A DNA stretch of 64,000 bases. Source: Magallana gigas. Taxonomy: Eukaryota. This document shows, one piece after another, positions 49,801-61,921 of this stretch. The stretch covers positions 19,778,001 to 19,842,000 of the forward strand of contig NC_088861.1 of assembly GCF_963853765.1 (NCBI RefSeq), read 5' to 3'. Made by a program: the position numbers and the translations under genes. How positions within the stretch are numbered: the first letter of the stretch is position 1; each line of letters begins with the position of its first letter. The notes beneath the pieces are model-generated. The model saw only the letters and a list, made by a program, of their open reading frames with translations. It was not told the origin of the DNA and searched no databases.

Positions 49801-52800
49801 AGTTTTTTTAAACAGAAACAAGCACCCTGTGGTTTAAACCTACTGTAGTATGAAAAAATTCAAGTCGGAATATATCTTATTATGTTGATTAATACTGTAG
49901 GAGTGCAGGAAAATATGGTATTATAATAATTGTTATTGATGCTAATGTTGAGGATGTTTAATATTCCATGGTGACATTGTTAAAAAAAGTTATCCCCCTT
50001 TACAGAATCATCATTGACTTCATAGGTGTAGAGGCTCATGCGGCTGAGTTTCCCTGGGAAGGAGTTAATGCCCTTGATGCGGCCATCTTGTGCTACAACA
50101 ATGTCTCCTGTATGAGGCAGCAGCTTGATCCGGGCTGGATGATTCATGGTACAGTGTATGATGCCTTTATTCTTCATCCCTAATGCATACTTTGAATTAG
50201 TTACTGTTCAACCATGTGGCATACATATATTCAGATGTTTTCATCTCAGAATGTAAAAACAGGTAATGGTGATAGCATGATATTCTATATGAGGTTGTTT
50301 TTTTATGTTTGGTATTTCTGATTAGTCATTTAACTGTGTTTATGTTGAGCAGGCATTGTGACTGACGGAGGAGCCAGGCCTAACATCATCCCCCGGCGGG
50401 CCTCGCTGGAGTACTACATCCGCACACCCAAAAACCGCGACCTCAAGAAGCTAGAGAGGAAACTCAGAAACTGTATTCAGGGGGCTGCACTAGCCACTAA
50501 CTGTGAGGTACGTAATATATGGACAGGTAAATTATGCAGTAACGAATTGTGAGGTACATAATATTTTTACAGGTAAAGTATACAAATATGCTGGTAACTG
50601 TGAGATATGTAATATTTGGAAAGGTGGAGTATACAAATAATGAACTGTGAGGTTTGTAATATATGGACCGGTAAAGTAAGTATACAAAAAACAAACTATG
50701 GGGTATATACATGGACAGGTAAAGTTTACAAATCAAGGAGGTAGAAACATGTATAGTGACAGGATATAAGATGATGCTTGTAAATTTCTTACTTAGAATG
50801 GCAAAGTCAACTGTGTACAAGTACTATTACTGGCAAACTCAATCTTACCGCATGCATATACATGTACCATTATGATGAAATGAAGGTATTTGATTTTAAT
50901 GAAAAGGCAGAATTTTTTTTAGCTTGAGGGAATTGCAAGCTGATAATTATTCATGAGATGTTTTAAATTTGTCTTGCATGTAGATGTAAATTTCAATACT
51001 GGTACCATTTAAAATGATTTATTAAATTGCCTTAAACATTTGATAGTTTATAGGAATTCAAAAATGGCTTTTCCCAATATAGGCTGGTAAATCCCTGCAC
51101 ACAGTTTATTATTGAGGATTATAAAGAATAAAATGCTGTACATTGCTAAACATTGTAACTGAAATCAATGGTAGCATAGCTAGCGCAATCACACAGTTAT
51201 TTACTTTCGCGTTTTACAGGTGCAGGTCAAAGTGAGGTCATCGTTCCTGAACCTGCTGTCCAACGAGACGATGATCAAGAAGTACGAGGAGTACACCACA
51301 CAGCTGGGGACGGAGGTGGACACGGACGAGACGCACCAGGCCCTGGGGGGTGGATCCACAGATATGGGGAACGTGTCGTACGAGGTCCCCAGCATTCACC
51401 CAGACTTTGCCATCGGATCTGATTGTAACACACACACCAAAGAGTTTACACCAGCTGCAGGTAATACGGGATGTTAAGAATATACTTTGTTTTGGGTTTA
51501 CCTGCTTTCGTATCTCTTAACTTTTATTTCAGTTTCTCTGTCTTCTATGCTCCCCATCCCTTTGAATTAAAGGGTCATATTGTTTAGAACTTGTCAGTTG
51601 GTCAGAATATCTTTTGGTTTGTTGCCTTAGTGTTGCTAAAGCTATATCTGGAGAACCTTTGCTTAATAGACATGATACAAGGTAATCTTGAACTTCATAG
51701 GAGATGATCCCTATTGATTTTTTATATAGGACACTAAAGAAATATACCAAAAAAAAGTGCTCTGGAAATTGGCAGGTCTGTCTTTATACTGTGGTTTCAT
51801 CAATATTCGTTGAATACTGATTTTCGTGGGTTTTGCTGTTAACTTTATCCACAATAATAAATGTTCAATGAAGTGTAATTTCCACTAGCATTTTGTATTG
51901 ATAGGATTATTGGCCATGAATTAACGTATCCTTAAAACTGTGATTTTCATTAAATCCACAAAAATTGATACCCATGAATATTAATGAAACTACAGTATGT
52001 TGAGAATATGGCATACATGACACTTGGTACTCTTAGACCCCTTAAATAAGGATCTGATGACTCCTCTAAATTGTTACTCAAAATAAAAGCAAAGTTTTAG
52101 TCAATCCAGAATTTTACAGTTCAGTTAATCAGTTTTACATGTACCTACATGGGTTGCTACTGATGTAAAAAGTTTACAGAATGTAGTCATTGGTGCATTG
52201 TTTTTAGTATTGGTTGTAATTATTGGTGTTGTATTTGGTCAAGGTAGAATTTATTGGTGCGTTGTATTAAGTTTGATCTAGCTAGGTTGTAATCATTGAT
52301 GTGTTGCATTTTTTGTAAGGTATAAATATTAGAATGCTGTATTTTGTCATGGCTGTAATTTTTGGCATTGTATTTGGTTTAAGATGTAGTTATTGGTGTG
52401 TTTGGCCTAATTCATAATTAATGGTGTTGTATTTAGTCTTACTTATATTACTTGTCATTGATGAATCGATCGACCAATCTACAATTCACGAAGTTACGTT
52501 TACGTTCCTGTGGCTGCCATCTTTGGGAGGGAAAAGCCGTAGGTTTCTCACAGATACTGTAGCATTTGTGGGTTAGAGGTTTTCATCTTTCAAATGTCAT
52601 TTAACATTAAAAATCTGTGTCTGTTGTGTGTTTTGATTGTTTGGTAAGTTGTAACCATTGCTGGGTTTTATTTTGCAGAGGTTTTATTTTTTGGTGTGTA
52701 ATATTTGTATTATCATATAAAAATAAGATGTAATTGTTGTGGTCTATGTTGTAATTGTTGGTGCTTTTATTCTTTTCGGTAAAGGTTCAAAGGAGGCGCA

Positions 52801-52912
52801 GATCTACACACTACGAGCGGCCAAGTCACTGGCCATGCTGTGCATTGACATCATGACGGACAAAGACCTCCTTGATAAAATCAAGCAGGAGTTTGAAGAG
52901 GAGTCGCAGTGA
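43977..52912 (+). CDS. PM20D2: M20D amidohydrolase, PM20D2/ACY1L2-like, paralogue 2 (396 aa; canonical HACGH)
   Basis: join(43977-44351,48272-48420,50006-50148,50353-50507,51220-51460,52785-52912) = 1191 nt, open, GT-AG. Same intron positions as paralogue 1. Motifs [46 protein letters not shown]. Confidence 0.94.
44784..47683. mobile_element. 2.9-kb TA-flanked non-autonomous DNA transposon in PM20D2-2 intron 1
   Basis: Perfect 26-bp TIR: ta|cagtacagctcacgagtatcccgaca ... tgtcgggatactcgtgagctgtactg|ta. Subterminal caccgtg repeats at both ends; no transposase ORF. Confidence 0.88.
48463..48957 (+). mobile_element. Helentron/HINE-type element with Cg170-like satellite monomers (3' end lost)
   Basis: tttttaggtcacccgagtcactcaggtgatctattgcta start, then ~165-bp units with gaaattcatgacccc...gggtcaggggttct. 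The Cg170 resemblance is from memory of oyster repeats. Confidence 0.7.
48992..49157. repeat. 166-bp spacer-less palindrome
   Basis: Centre agaagagg|cctcttct at 49074/49075. Explains the mirror ORFs 48974-49177 and 48978-49202. Confidence 0.9.
49279..49502. mobile_element. CAGGG...CCCTG MITE (hAT-like ends) with 6-bp flanking repeat
   Basis: ctatgt|cagggttgtctctaa ... ttagacacaaccctg|ctatgt. Internal ~48-bp tandem duplication. Confidence 0.8.
50498..50740 (+). repeat. ~45-bp minisatellite derived from the exon 4/intron 4 junction of PM20D2-2
   Basis: About 5 units of aactgtgag|gtacgtaatatatggacag|gtaaagtatacaaat. The first unit is the true donor (exon ends 50507). Confidence 0.85.
51787..51997. 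mobile_element. TA-flanked Tc1/mariner-type MITE in PM20D2-2 intron 5
   Basis: tactgtggtttcatcaatattc ... gaatattaatgaaactacagta (22 bp, 2 mismatches). Confidence 0.85.
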
Positions 52913-53105
52913 CGAAAACAGTGCCATAGAAATATTACGGTTGTAAAATTTTCCCTCTGCCTCAACCAAGCAAGACTTGTGTTAACTATTTACCTGAAGA
53001 AAACAGCACCATAGAAATGTTACATTTGTAAAACTTGAAGAAAACAGTGCCATAGAAATAAAACAGTTGTAAAATTTTCCCTCCAAATCAACCAAGCAAG
53101 CTTTA
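52910..53105 (+). repeat. Short tandem duplications at the start of the PM20D2-2 3' UTR
   Basis: gaaaacagtgccatagaaat...ttgtaaaa occurs three times; ttttccctc...tcaaccaagcaag occurs twice. Confidence 0.75.
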
Positions 53106-54891
53106 AGTAATCTCTCCAAAAATATTTTGAGAGCATACATTTTTTGCTTGGTCCATGGGTCAAGTAATGCAGCTTTAACTTGCATGTTGAAGAATATTTT
53201 CTGTCATTTAAGAGGGACTACATTGATAAATAGCCAGTCCTGTAGCCATTAAATGGCGGTAGTATCCACAACAATTCATTCTGCCAAGTATTTAATGTAA
53301 TATCATCAACATTGGATGTGTTTCAAGATCCTTTATTACAGGAATGAAGACACAGTCAAACTCCTAAACTTGAGCTACAAGTGTTTTTTTTGGCTTGGTA
53401 GGTTTTTTTATTCTTTGTAATGGGGATGTTTGATTAAAAAAAACCAAAATTTTGAAATGGGTATAAAATGACTGAACAAAAATAAAAATACCAGTCTGAG
53501 AGTTTCTGCTTTATTGAAAGTCATGATAATGAAAATGTCTCTGTATTTGAAATAATTGACACAAATACATATTTCTTCACCTTTTCAGAGGGAAAAAGTT
53601 GTAATCACTCCTTTCACTGTATATTTGATTTCTTATGAAGAATTTATCAATTAATGTGTATTTTTTTCGTTGGTTTGTTTGTTTATTCTTAGCTGGATGC
53701 CTTGGCTGTGTAACATTTAGTTTTGACTAAAGGTGAAAAGTGTGATGATGATGTGTAATTGAAAAGTATTTATAAATCTTGTTGTAAGAGTGTCAAGTCA
53801 TTTTTTTTTATCAACAATTACGTGTTGATCCAATATGCCCCGCTGAATTTAAAGATTTATTTTGAAATTACATAGTTGGTTATTTGTAAACATAAAGAAT
53901 CATTATAATTACATGTATAAGATACTGATATAGTGCTAATTTTATTCCAACCAGTGTAAAAATCTTATAAAACGGCAGATAAGTTCGTAATGCTTCCAAT
54001 TCAGAGTGAGAAAAAAATATCATGTAACCTTTGCTGGACACTGAAAGGTTTAATTTTTGCTTCATATTTTTGAAAATAACGTGGTGTAATGGTAAAAAAA
54101 AAATTACTTCTGCACTTGAAGTATTGATAAAGATGAATTTTAAAGATTCGTTTTCTGTCTTTATTTTTGAAAACCAGAAAATTAAAAACAAAAACAACAC
54201 AGAAATGTGTTTAAAGTTTGTTTGCAAACTAGTATGGTTTTCTCGTTGAGTTGGCAAGAATTTGTAATCGCACAAAACCATCACACAGTATGGCATTCAA
54301 GCACATCGTTGTTCGAAGCAGACGGTTCCACAAACGCCACAGCGGTATTGGAACTCATGACTTGCAGATTCGTGGTTAACGCTCTAATCCATTGCGCTCC
54401 GCTGTTGGGTAATAATTTGGGAAAGGAAAAAAATGACAGATTTTATTGTTTCTTTCGATATGTAGGATGTTTCAATATGGAGGAATCCCGTGCCACCTTT
54501 AAAGCAGGCTGGATTGTCAACATATTAACCTTCAGGTCTTATAAAATTTAAGATATGATTTGTCTAGGCTAGCTAGAAACTATTTTCTAGTGAAGAGAAA
54601 ATCTATACATTTTATATAACTTTTAAATTTTGAGTTTTTCCTATATTTTTATAATTATAGAACTCTTATTCTAAAGGAGATCAATATAATCTAAAAATGG
54701 ACACGGTCGTCGATCCCTCTTAAAAGCAGATCGTATAAGACGCGTTTACATATGCCACGTGACTTGATCCAAAATTCTTACAAATTGAGCGATTGTTTAG
54801 TGATCACAAATGGAATCTGTTGATGATACATGTGCAACTTACAAATAATGTATTTGAATTAATGAAGATTATTGGTATGTATTTACATCCC

Positions 54892-55396
54892 CCAAGTATT
54901 TCCCCCTCTATTTCTTACGGAAACTTATAGTTAATTCATAGCTCTATAGAAACAGCCAGACTGGAATCTACACGCCCCATTTATCGATTGGTCGAAATCT
55001 ACAGCGGCTGAAACTGACAAGAAAATGACAGGGCAGATATCGACACGCCCTGTTTATCGATTGGTCCAAACCTATAGCAACCTTGGAAAAATCACGGACT
55101 TCACGAAATAATCATGACGATGTCAGACTCAAAGTATCACAGGAGACGATTTGGCTGTTTCTTTTAGCTAACTTACTTATACATACATCAACAGTAATTT
55201 AGTGAATTTTACTCACTTTTCCTAATCAATTTATCGATTAGCTTAAATCAATTTATCGATTAGCTTAAAGAAAGATGTTAATATAAACAATAAAATACTT
55301 TCTTTGATGATTCATTCGGGTTATGAAGGTAGTGATCATTGCAGAAAAAATCTACATAACCCGGGTTAGCGGGTTAAGCATTTTATTGTTTAAATA
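54892..55396. mobile_element. Hairpin-terminal repeat, same family as 23069-23533, right hairpin arm deleted
   Basis: Colinear body. After cataacccgggttagcgggtta the sequence jumps to agcattttattgtt. Internal duplications present. Confidence 0.8.
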
Positions 55397-56434
55397 AAGT
55401 CACGTCGAACACGCTTACGAAAATCAATATCACGTGACACGCTGGGTGTAGACGAGTAATTAATGAAAGGTGAACAACATTGGTAAGGTTATTATAAGTA
55501 GAAAGTCCACTGGACTTCAGCATTTTTTTTTAAAGAAGTTACATATGAACGCATTGAGGTACATTTTTCTCGAGCTTCTTGCACATATATGTATAGATTG
55601 TTAAAACAAACATGTACATCAATCATTTTGACCAGCAGATAGGGAAAAATGAACCTAGCAAATCATATTTTTGCTCGTATATTTCAAAGATTTTCTAATG
55701 TGGAGCTAAAAGCATACGGGGATTGAATGTAACCAGTGTATCCCTTATATATGAATAATAATGTGTTTCTCCCATGTGATTGTTTTATCATGGGTAAGAA
55801 AGGTACTAGTGATCTGTCAATCTAATTTAAATTAGATGTTCTGATTCCACAACGGCTTTATAGGTAGCAGATTCAGAATATTTAGATTTACTTAGTTATT
55901 CCATAAGAGTACATAAATTATATCAACGATTGGTACATACGAAAAATATAAACATAAACTCCAGAATTTATTTGTTTACCAATTTACCGGGGCCCGTTTT
56001 TCACATCATCCTTCGATCGATGTGTTAACCCTTCATATGATTTATGTAAATTCGAAATAAAATGACGATTTCAATCAAATTGTTGGGTAGTCATCCCCCC
56101 CTCCTTGCTACGTGCCCATGTACAAGCCAGGCTCAGTAACTATGCAAGCATTCGGTATAGTTACTTTTAGACAATGGGAGTTGTATCTTAATTAATAAAG
56201 ACAATTCCGATGAGTAATGCACACGGCAAGACAAAAAGAAGAAACCACTTGACAGTACATGTACGTTATGTGTGTGAGTGGCATGCAGACCTGTGGCTTT
56301 AAGTGTTTATGATTTTCGAAATGAACGTACATATATATGCAAAATTCGAGATTCTGTGAAAACTACCTCAAAATGCCCCTGGGCTGGTGTTTGTACTTTC
56401 ATACTCGGATGCACGTGCCCGATATGATAGGACC

Positions 56435-57421
56435 ATGACAAACCAAAGTGTTGTAGAGATTAACACTAGTGTGGAAATAAACACTACGAGTGTTCACGAT
56501 GGCAATCTCCTACACTGTGTCGAAGAGGAAAGTCTCATTTTGATCATGGCGCTGGTGATTTGGGTGTTAGGGGTAATAGGAAACACTGTGACCTTCTTCA
56601 AAATCGTCCTCAACAAACGGCTACGGCGCCCCGTGTCTGTCTCCATAGCCTGCCTGACCGTCGCAGACTTCTGCAGTCTGTGTATGCAGTTTATACGGAT
56701 ACCTATATCCCAATGCTTTTTTCTCACAGGTATCGGCGTCAAAATGATTGTCCTTGACATCACGGCGGTTGCCATCCATTCTTCAACCATGCACATTGTT
56801 ATTCTCGCTGCCATTCGATATTGTCTGATCGTGTACCCATTCCATACAAAATGGCGCCTCACTTCCGGGAAAGTCATAGCAAGTTCCGGTGTTTCCTGGG
56901 CCATTAGCGTCTGTCTGGGAATATCTTACGGAATATATAACCGGAAATACTACAACAAGACAATAGACAAACAAACCGACGCCATTGTCCAGCTTTTGAT
57001 TGGTTTATACGTTCTGTTGGTTCCGGTGACGTTTTTTGTCATTTTCTACATCAAAGAATTACGAACCATGAAAAAATCTCTTCTTCCAAAACGGACATCG
57101 AAATCAATCAAAAGCATCTCCAAGATGATATCGATAATCCTTATTCTCTACTGTGTGTTCATTTTGCCGTACGTGGTCGCCGATTTATGTCGCGTTCTGT
57201 ACTTCCATGATGTATTCGGCGACTCTGGAGATGCGACAGTGTATCAATCTGTAGTCATTCCGATTTACTCCGTGGCACAGATTACGATTTTATTAAACTA
57301 CACTGTGAATCCCTTCATCTACTTCCTGTTCTCAAGGATGATCTTCCGGGTCCGGTCTTGGCCTTTCCGGAGCAAACTATCATATCGACCGCGCAAGCGC
57401 CGGGAACAGAATGGCATTTAA
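56435..57421 (+). CDS. Intronless divergent class A (rhodopsin-like) GPCR, 328 aa
   Basis: First ATG gives MTNQS...NTS...NTT (N-glycosylation sequons). Seven hydrophobic segments with GVIGN (TM1), LTVAD (TM2), LAAIRY (TM3), SW (TM4), LVP (TM5), LPY (TM6), NPFIY (TM7). Confidence 0.92.
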   Translation: MTNQSVVEINTSVEINTTSVHDGNLLHCVEEESLILIMALVIWVLGVIGNTVTFFKIVLNKRLRRPVSVSIACLTVADFCSLCMQFIRIPISQCFFLTGIGVKMIVLDITAVAIHSSTMHIVILAAIRYCLIVYPFHTKWRLTSGKVIASSGVSWAISVCLGISYGIYNRKYYNKTIDKQTDAIVQLLIGLYVLLVPVTFFVIFYIKELRTMKKSLLPKRTSKSIKSISKMISIILILYCVFILPYVVADLCRVLYFHDVFGDSGDATVYQSVVIPIYSVAQITILLNYTVNPFIYFLFSRMIFRVRSWPFRSKLSYRPRKRREQNGI

Positions 57422-57754
57422 ACAAAGACTGATAAAAGAGTATATAGTTTGTCTTTAAAATTAAGAAACTGTGCATGATTTCGAACCTCCTACAAGAGAG
57501 ATAACTCTTTGTCCAACATTTTCAAATTTGCACCGCAATAAATACGGAAATATGTGCATTTTAATTATGATTAATATTTCCCACAGAAAATAAATTAGAA
57601 AGTTGTAAAGGGGGGGTGGGTAAAGTTTGATTTAACGCAGTACAGGAAAGTGTATAATTATGTACATGACTGTTTACGCTTTAAAAAGCGTAAATTTGTA
57701 AAAATATAGTATGACTATTTATATCGTGAAGATTTCTAATATTATATTTTGAAT

Positions 57755-58491
57755 ACCACGTAGATTTCATGCGACAATTACACAACCGCTCATATACCTC
57801 TGTTTTAATTAATATAATTATATTTATTGCGCTGGAACGCGGCGCGTGTCTTCAGAATAGCAGTGCCATCGCCCCTCTCCGCAATAGACCACCGTTTTAA
57901 GTCCGCTAAACATCTTTGACAGATGTCGTGGTGAATTTAATAGCGTTTATTTGTCACAAAAATACATAATCTCTTAAGAATTCTATTTTAGATAGAAGGT
58001 TAGATCGAAAGCAAACACGTTATACTGTTAGAAGTATTACCAATCCGAATGCACTACTTATGTTTGAACCGGCATTATACGAGGCGTCCAAGGTTAGGAT
58101 TACAAGTGCATACAGACTTTTCTTCTTCTGCACCAATGGGGAAAATAAACTGCTGCATAACTTTAACAAGTTTCACGTTGTTCAATACAGATTCCTTCAT
58201 CTTCGTTATTTTCTTAGTCTACACAGCGCGGCTCGATCACATTTTTAAAGCATCTGCTTTCGCAATAAACAGTGTACCGGGAAAGACAATATGTGCCTCG
58301 TGGATTCATTTTCCCCCGACAGCTGTCAAAGATGTTTTGCGGACTTAAAACGGTGGTCTATTGCGGAGAGGGGCGATGGCACTGCTATTCTGAAGGCACG
58401 CGCCCGCGTTCCAGCGCCATAAAAATAAACATATTAATTAAAACAGAGGTATACGAGCGGTTGTGTAATTGGCGCGTGAAATCTAAGTGGT
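57755..58491. mobile_element. ~740-bp element with ~170-bp terminal inverted repeats between the GPCR genes
   Basis: 57755-57922 is the reverse complement of 58321-58491 (accacgtagatttcatgcgacaattacacaaccgctc... / ...gagcggttgtgtaattggcgcgtgaaatctaagtggt). No clear TSD. Confidence 0.8.
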
Positions 58492-59080
58492 TTTACATTG
58501 TATAACTGCGCTCATCACATACCGCGAAAATTATTTTCATGACGGTTTTTTTGGAAGGTTAAAGACGGCAAAGTTTCGAGTCGTGCACAATATTCTGGCG
58601 AATTAATGGTGATTAGATATGACACCATGTTGTGATCTATATGCTGTGTCTGTCGTGTGTATATTCTTTCAAGTGCTGAGCTATACTTTTAATTTGCAGA
58701 TAAAATTCGGAAAACTACCAACATTGAAATAGCAAGGAGTTTTCTCGGAATTTGTTCTAAACCCATCAAAGTTTTTATGCTTCGAAATTATTGGAGCCGT
58801 TAAATTGCATGGAATTTGAAATTCGAAGTTGATGTAATTGGGTGTGAATTTAAATAAGCTCATGCTTCCGGTGCCCAATTAACGGTATGTAAACTTCAAT
58901 TTGATCTGCATGAAATATTTAACAAAATCATTCACATACCAAAGAGAAGAAACGAAGGATTTTAACCAAGGGCATATATTCTAAAAAAAAAGTGATATTA
59001 AATGTTAAAACATATACTGATTTCAAATATGCGGGCAGTCTAAAACACCAGAAAAGTGTATTTGAATATTAAGGAGAATC

Positions 59081-59947
59081 ATGCAAACAGTGGAGAATGT
59101 GACGTCACAGCATGGCGAAGCCACTCTTCTCTGTGAAAAATGGGATATTCTTATATTAGTGATTACAACTTTAATATTTTTGTTTGGATTTATTGGAAAT
59201 CTGATCACAGCTTCGAAAGTGATTATCGAGAAAAAATTACATAAACCGGTGCCCGTATGTATCTGTTGCCTGGCCATCGCCGACCTTTTGACCCTGTGCT
59301 TTCAATATGCCCGTGTGCCTCTATCCCATTGTCGTATAGAGGTGAGTATATCTACCCGGGAAACATTTCTGAACTTGACTGCGATCATGGTCCATTCCTC
59401 CGCTATGCATATTGTTCTTCTGGCTCTAGTCCGCTACGGCTTGATCGTACACCCGTTTACCATGAAGTACTGGCTCACTTCCGGGAAAGTCGTCATAGCT
59501 TCCTTATTGTTCTGGCTGCTGAGTCTAGCGATCGGACTCCTGTACGGCCTGTACAACCGACAGTACTACCTGGGCAATATCGACGAACACACGGACGCCA
59601 TTGTACAGTTAACCATCGCTTTGTACATTCTGATCGTGCCCATCTGCTTTTTCGCGGGTTTATACGTGGTGGAGATGAAAGTGATGAGGAAATCGCTTCT
59701 TCCCGAGAAATCCTTCTACATTAAAAAAATCTCCAAGATGATCAGTTTGATCATGGTCCTGTACATAGCTTTCCTGGCACCGTACGTCATAGCCGATTCT
59801 CTGCGGCTCTTATACATGAAAGAGATTTTATCCATGGACCAGAGGAGGTTCGAAACAATGAAAAATGTGATGTTTAATCTAGCGCGACTTTTTATTCTGT
59901 TGAATTACTCTATAAACCCGTTTGTGTATTTTCTTTTTATTCGTTGA
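59081..59947 (+). CDS. Intronless divergent class A GPCR, 288 aa, paralogue of 56435-57421, almost no C-tail
   Basis: GFIGN, LAIAD, LALVRY, FW, IVP, APY, NPFVY, then FLFIR*. Shares HSS-MHIV-LA--RY and LTSGKV with the upstream GPCR. Confidence 0.9.
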   Translation: MQTVENVTSQHGEATLLCEKWDILILVITTLIFLFGFIGNLITASKVIIEKKLHKPVPVCICCLAIADLLTLCFQYARVPLSHCRIEVSISTRETFLNLTAIMVHSSAMHIVLLALVRYGLIVHPFTMKYWLTSGKVVIASLLFWLLSLAIGLLYGLYNRQYYLGNIDEHTDAIVQLTIALYILIVPICFFAGLYVVEMKVMRKSLLPEKSFYIKKISKMISLIMVLYIAFLAPYVIADSLRLLYMKEILSMDQRRFETMKNVMFNLARLFILLNYSINPFVYFLFIR

Positions 59948-61815
59948 TAATCTTGCATTAGTATTTTGTTGAATCTCCAATTTCAAATTGTTAACCACCT
60001 GATTTCATTCTCAAACCCTTTGATAATGCATTTGAGTGAATAGATTTCAATCCAGAAAATGCATGATTGTTATATTGATTGTACCACTTTATTTAATATC
60101 GCATTTCGTTTTGCGAAATTAATGTGATAACAAATTCTCGTTGTTATATAAAATATGCATTTTATATCTTCAGTCATTTTTGTAAATATTATCAGATAAA
60201 AATTTGTTAAGAGTTTGAACTACTCAAACTTCTACATTTCACAATTATCTGTGTGATTGAGTGCACGATACGGCATCATAGCTCAATATCTCAACGATCT
60301 AGTAAGAGGGGTTAACAGATGCAACACTGCATAAAAATGGGAATATAATATTTAAGAAATGCTTATTTGATTCACGTCAATGTGAAATATACATTGTTTA
60401 ATTGGGAAAGTAAAGGTTCAGTTTTCAAATGTTGCCAAAGTATGATAGCATGCGCCTATCATGGGGTGAAACCAATTTTACTTGGGTTAAGGTCGCTTTT
60501 TCTAAATCAAGCATATTCTACATTTTGGGGATCTTAATTCAATTTTAATTGTATCTTAAATTTTAATTTACAAATAATTTAAAGTATGAACAAACCTTTG
60601 TATTCTACATTATCTTATATTTAGCAACTTTATCTATAATACATAATAATATGTAATATTATTTACAATACAATATGTAATATTGTTTTCATTGTAAAGA
60701 GTTTCATTTTTTAGTAGATTCTGATAAAACTTACGGTTTGAAATCAATTTCTTTCACATGTCTCATAAAAACGTCCTATTGCAAAACTGACAATATATTG
60801 AGAGATACAAAAAACATTTACATTAAGTTCAAAATTTGTATATATTTCACAATAAATAAATTCCAACGTAAAAAGCCTTTAAATGAAAGTATAAAATCGT
60901 GTTACCCTGAGAGGATTACTATACTAAGAACATGTATATGTATATTATAATTAACACTTTGACTGATCTGATTTAATTTACTATATACCTTTAGTTACTT
61001 ACAATACAAAGAAGAGAGCATTTGAAAAATAGTGCTCAAAAACGGTTATCATATATATAGGGTCAGATTAAATACAGGGAATGTAATTCTTCACGTACAT
61101 GTACAAGTACTTTACAACACATGGCAACATCGTCATTGTTGAAAAGTATTTGTTTTTATATTTAATGATAAAAGTTTAAAATATTTGTCCGGGATTTATT
61201 GTTTTCTTTGACGTCCGAAAGTTATCTGGATGCTAGATTTCATCATAAGGAGGCTGTTTCTATGACGTCACAATGTAGCGAAAAGTTTGACGTCACAATC
61301 TCAAAATGAATCCATCAAGGTAGGCATATTTTCGTGTTTTAAATATTAATGTTATGATTTTTTAAAGATTTGAATGGTTGGTTGTTTTCAGTGCATTTCC
61401 AAATTTTGCAGCCGCGATATTAATCTTTAATGCAAACATGTTTACATAAAAATATACGCCGTAAGATTTCGATTAATGTCAATATACTGGTACACATATA
61501 TAATGTATTATGACCTCAAATGCATACTTTAAGAGGATTATTGAGGTCAGACAATTTATTGTATATATAGAGAATTTTGTGGCTTAATTTGTAAAAATAT
61601 TAATGACGAATACTTTGAATCGTAAATTGTAGCCGTTGAATGAGAAAATTTAATGTCAAAATAATCTTCGAGGAAGAAGAGCAATATACCCCGTGGATTT
61701 TTTTTTATAAACAATTTAATTAACGTAAACGAATCCTTCGAAAAATCGGTCGGTCGAAATGCTTGATAAAATACCAAGTTAATTTATACAACCTTGATAT
61801 CATTAAGTTAGGTCG

Positions 61816-61886
<71 letters not shown>

Positions 61887-61921
61887 TTTTTTATTATGTT
61901 ATATATTTACTATATCTACAG

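Noticed and set aside
50498-50740. Regularly spaced repeats resembling a CRISPR array (also the GCGAA arrays)
   Set aside because: Eukaryotic intron, degenerate tandem units without unique spacers, and no cas genes.
56387-56434. GTG-initiated 16-aa extension of the first GPCR
   Set aside because: Eukaryotic gene; the first ATG at 56435 gives a typical glycosylated N-terminus.
61263-61296. Two TGACGTCA (CRE) palindromes 26 bp apart
   Set aside because: The context looks like an interspersed repeat and no linked transcript could be shown.
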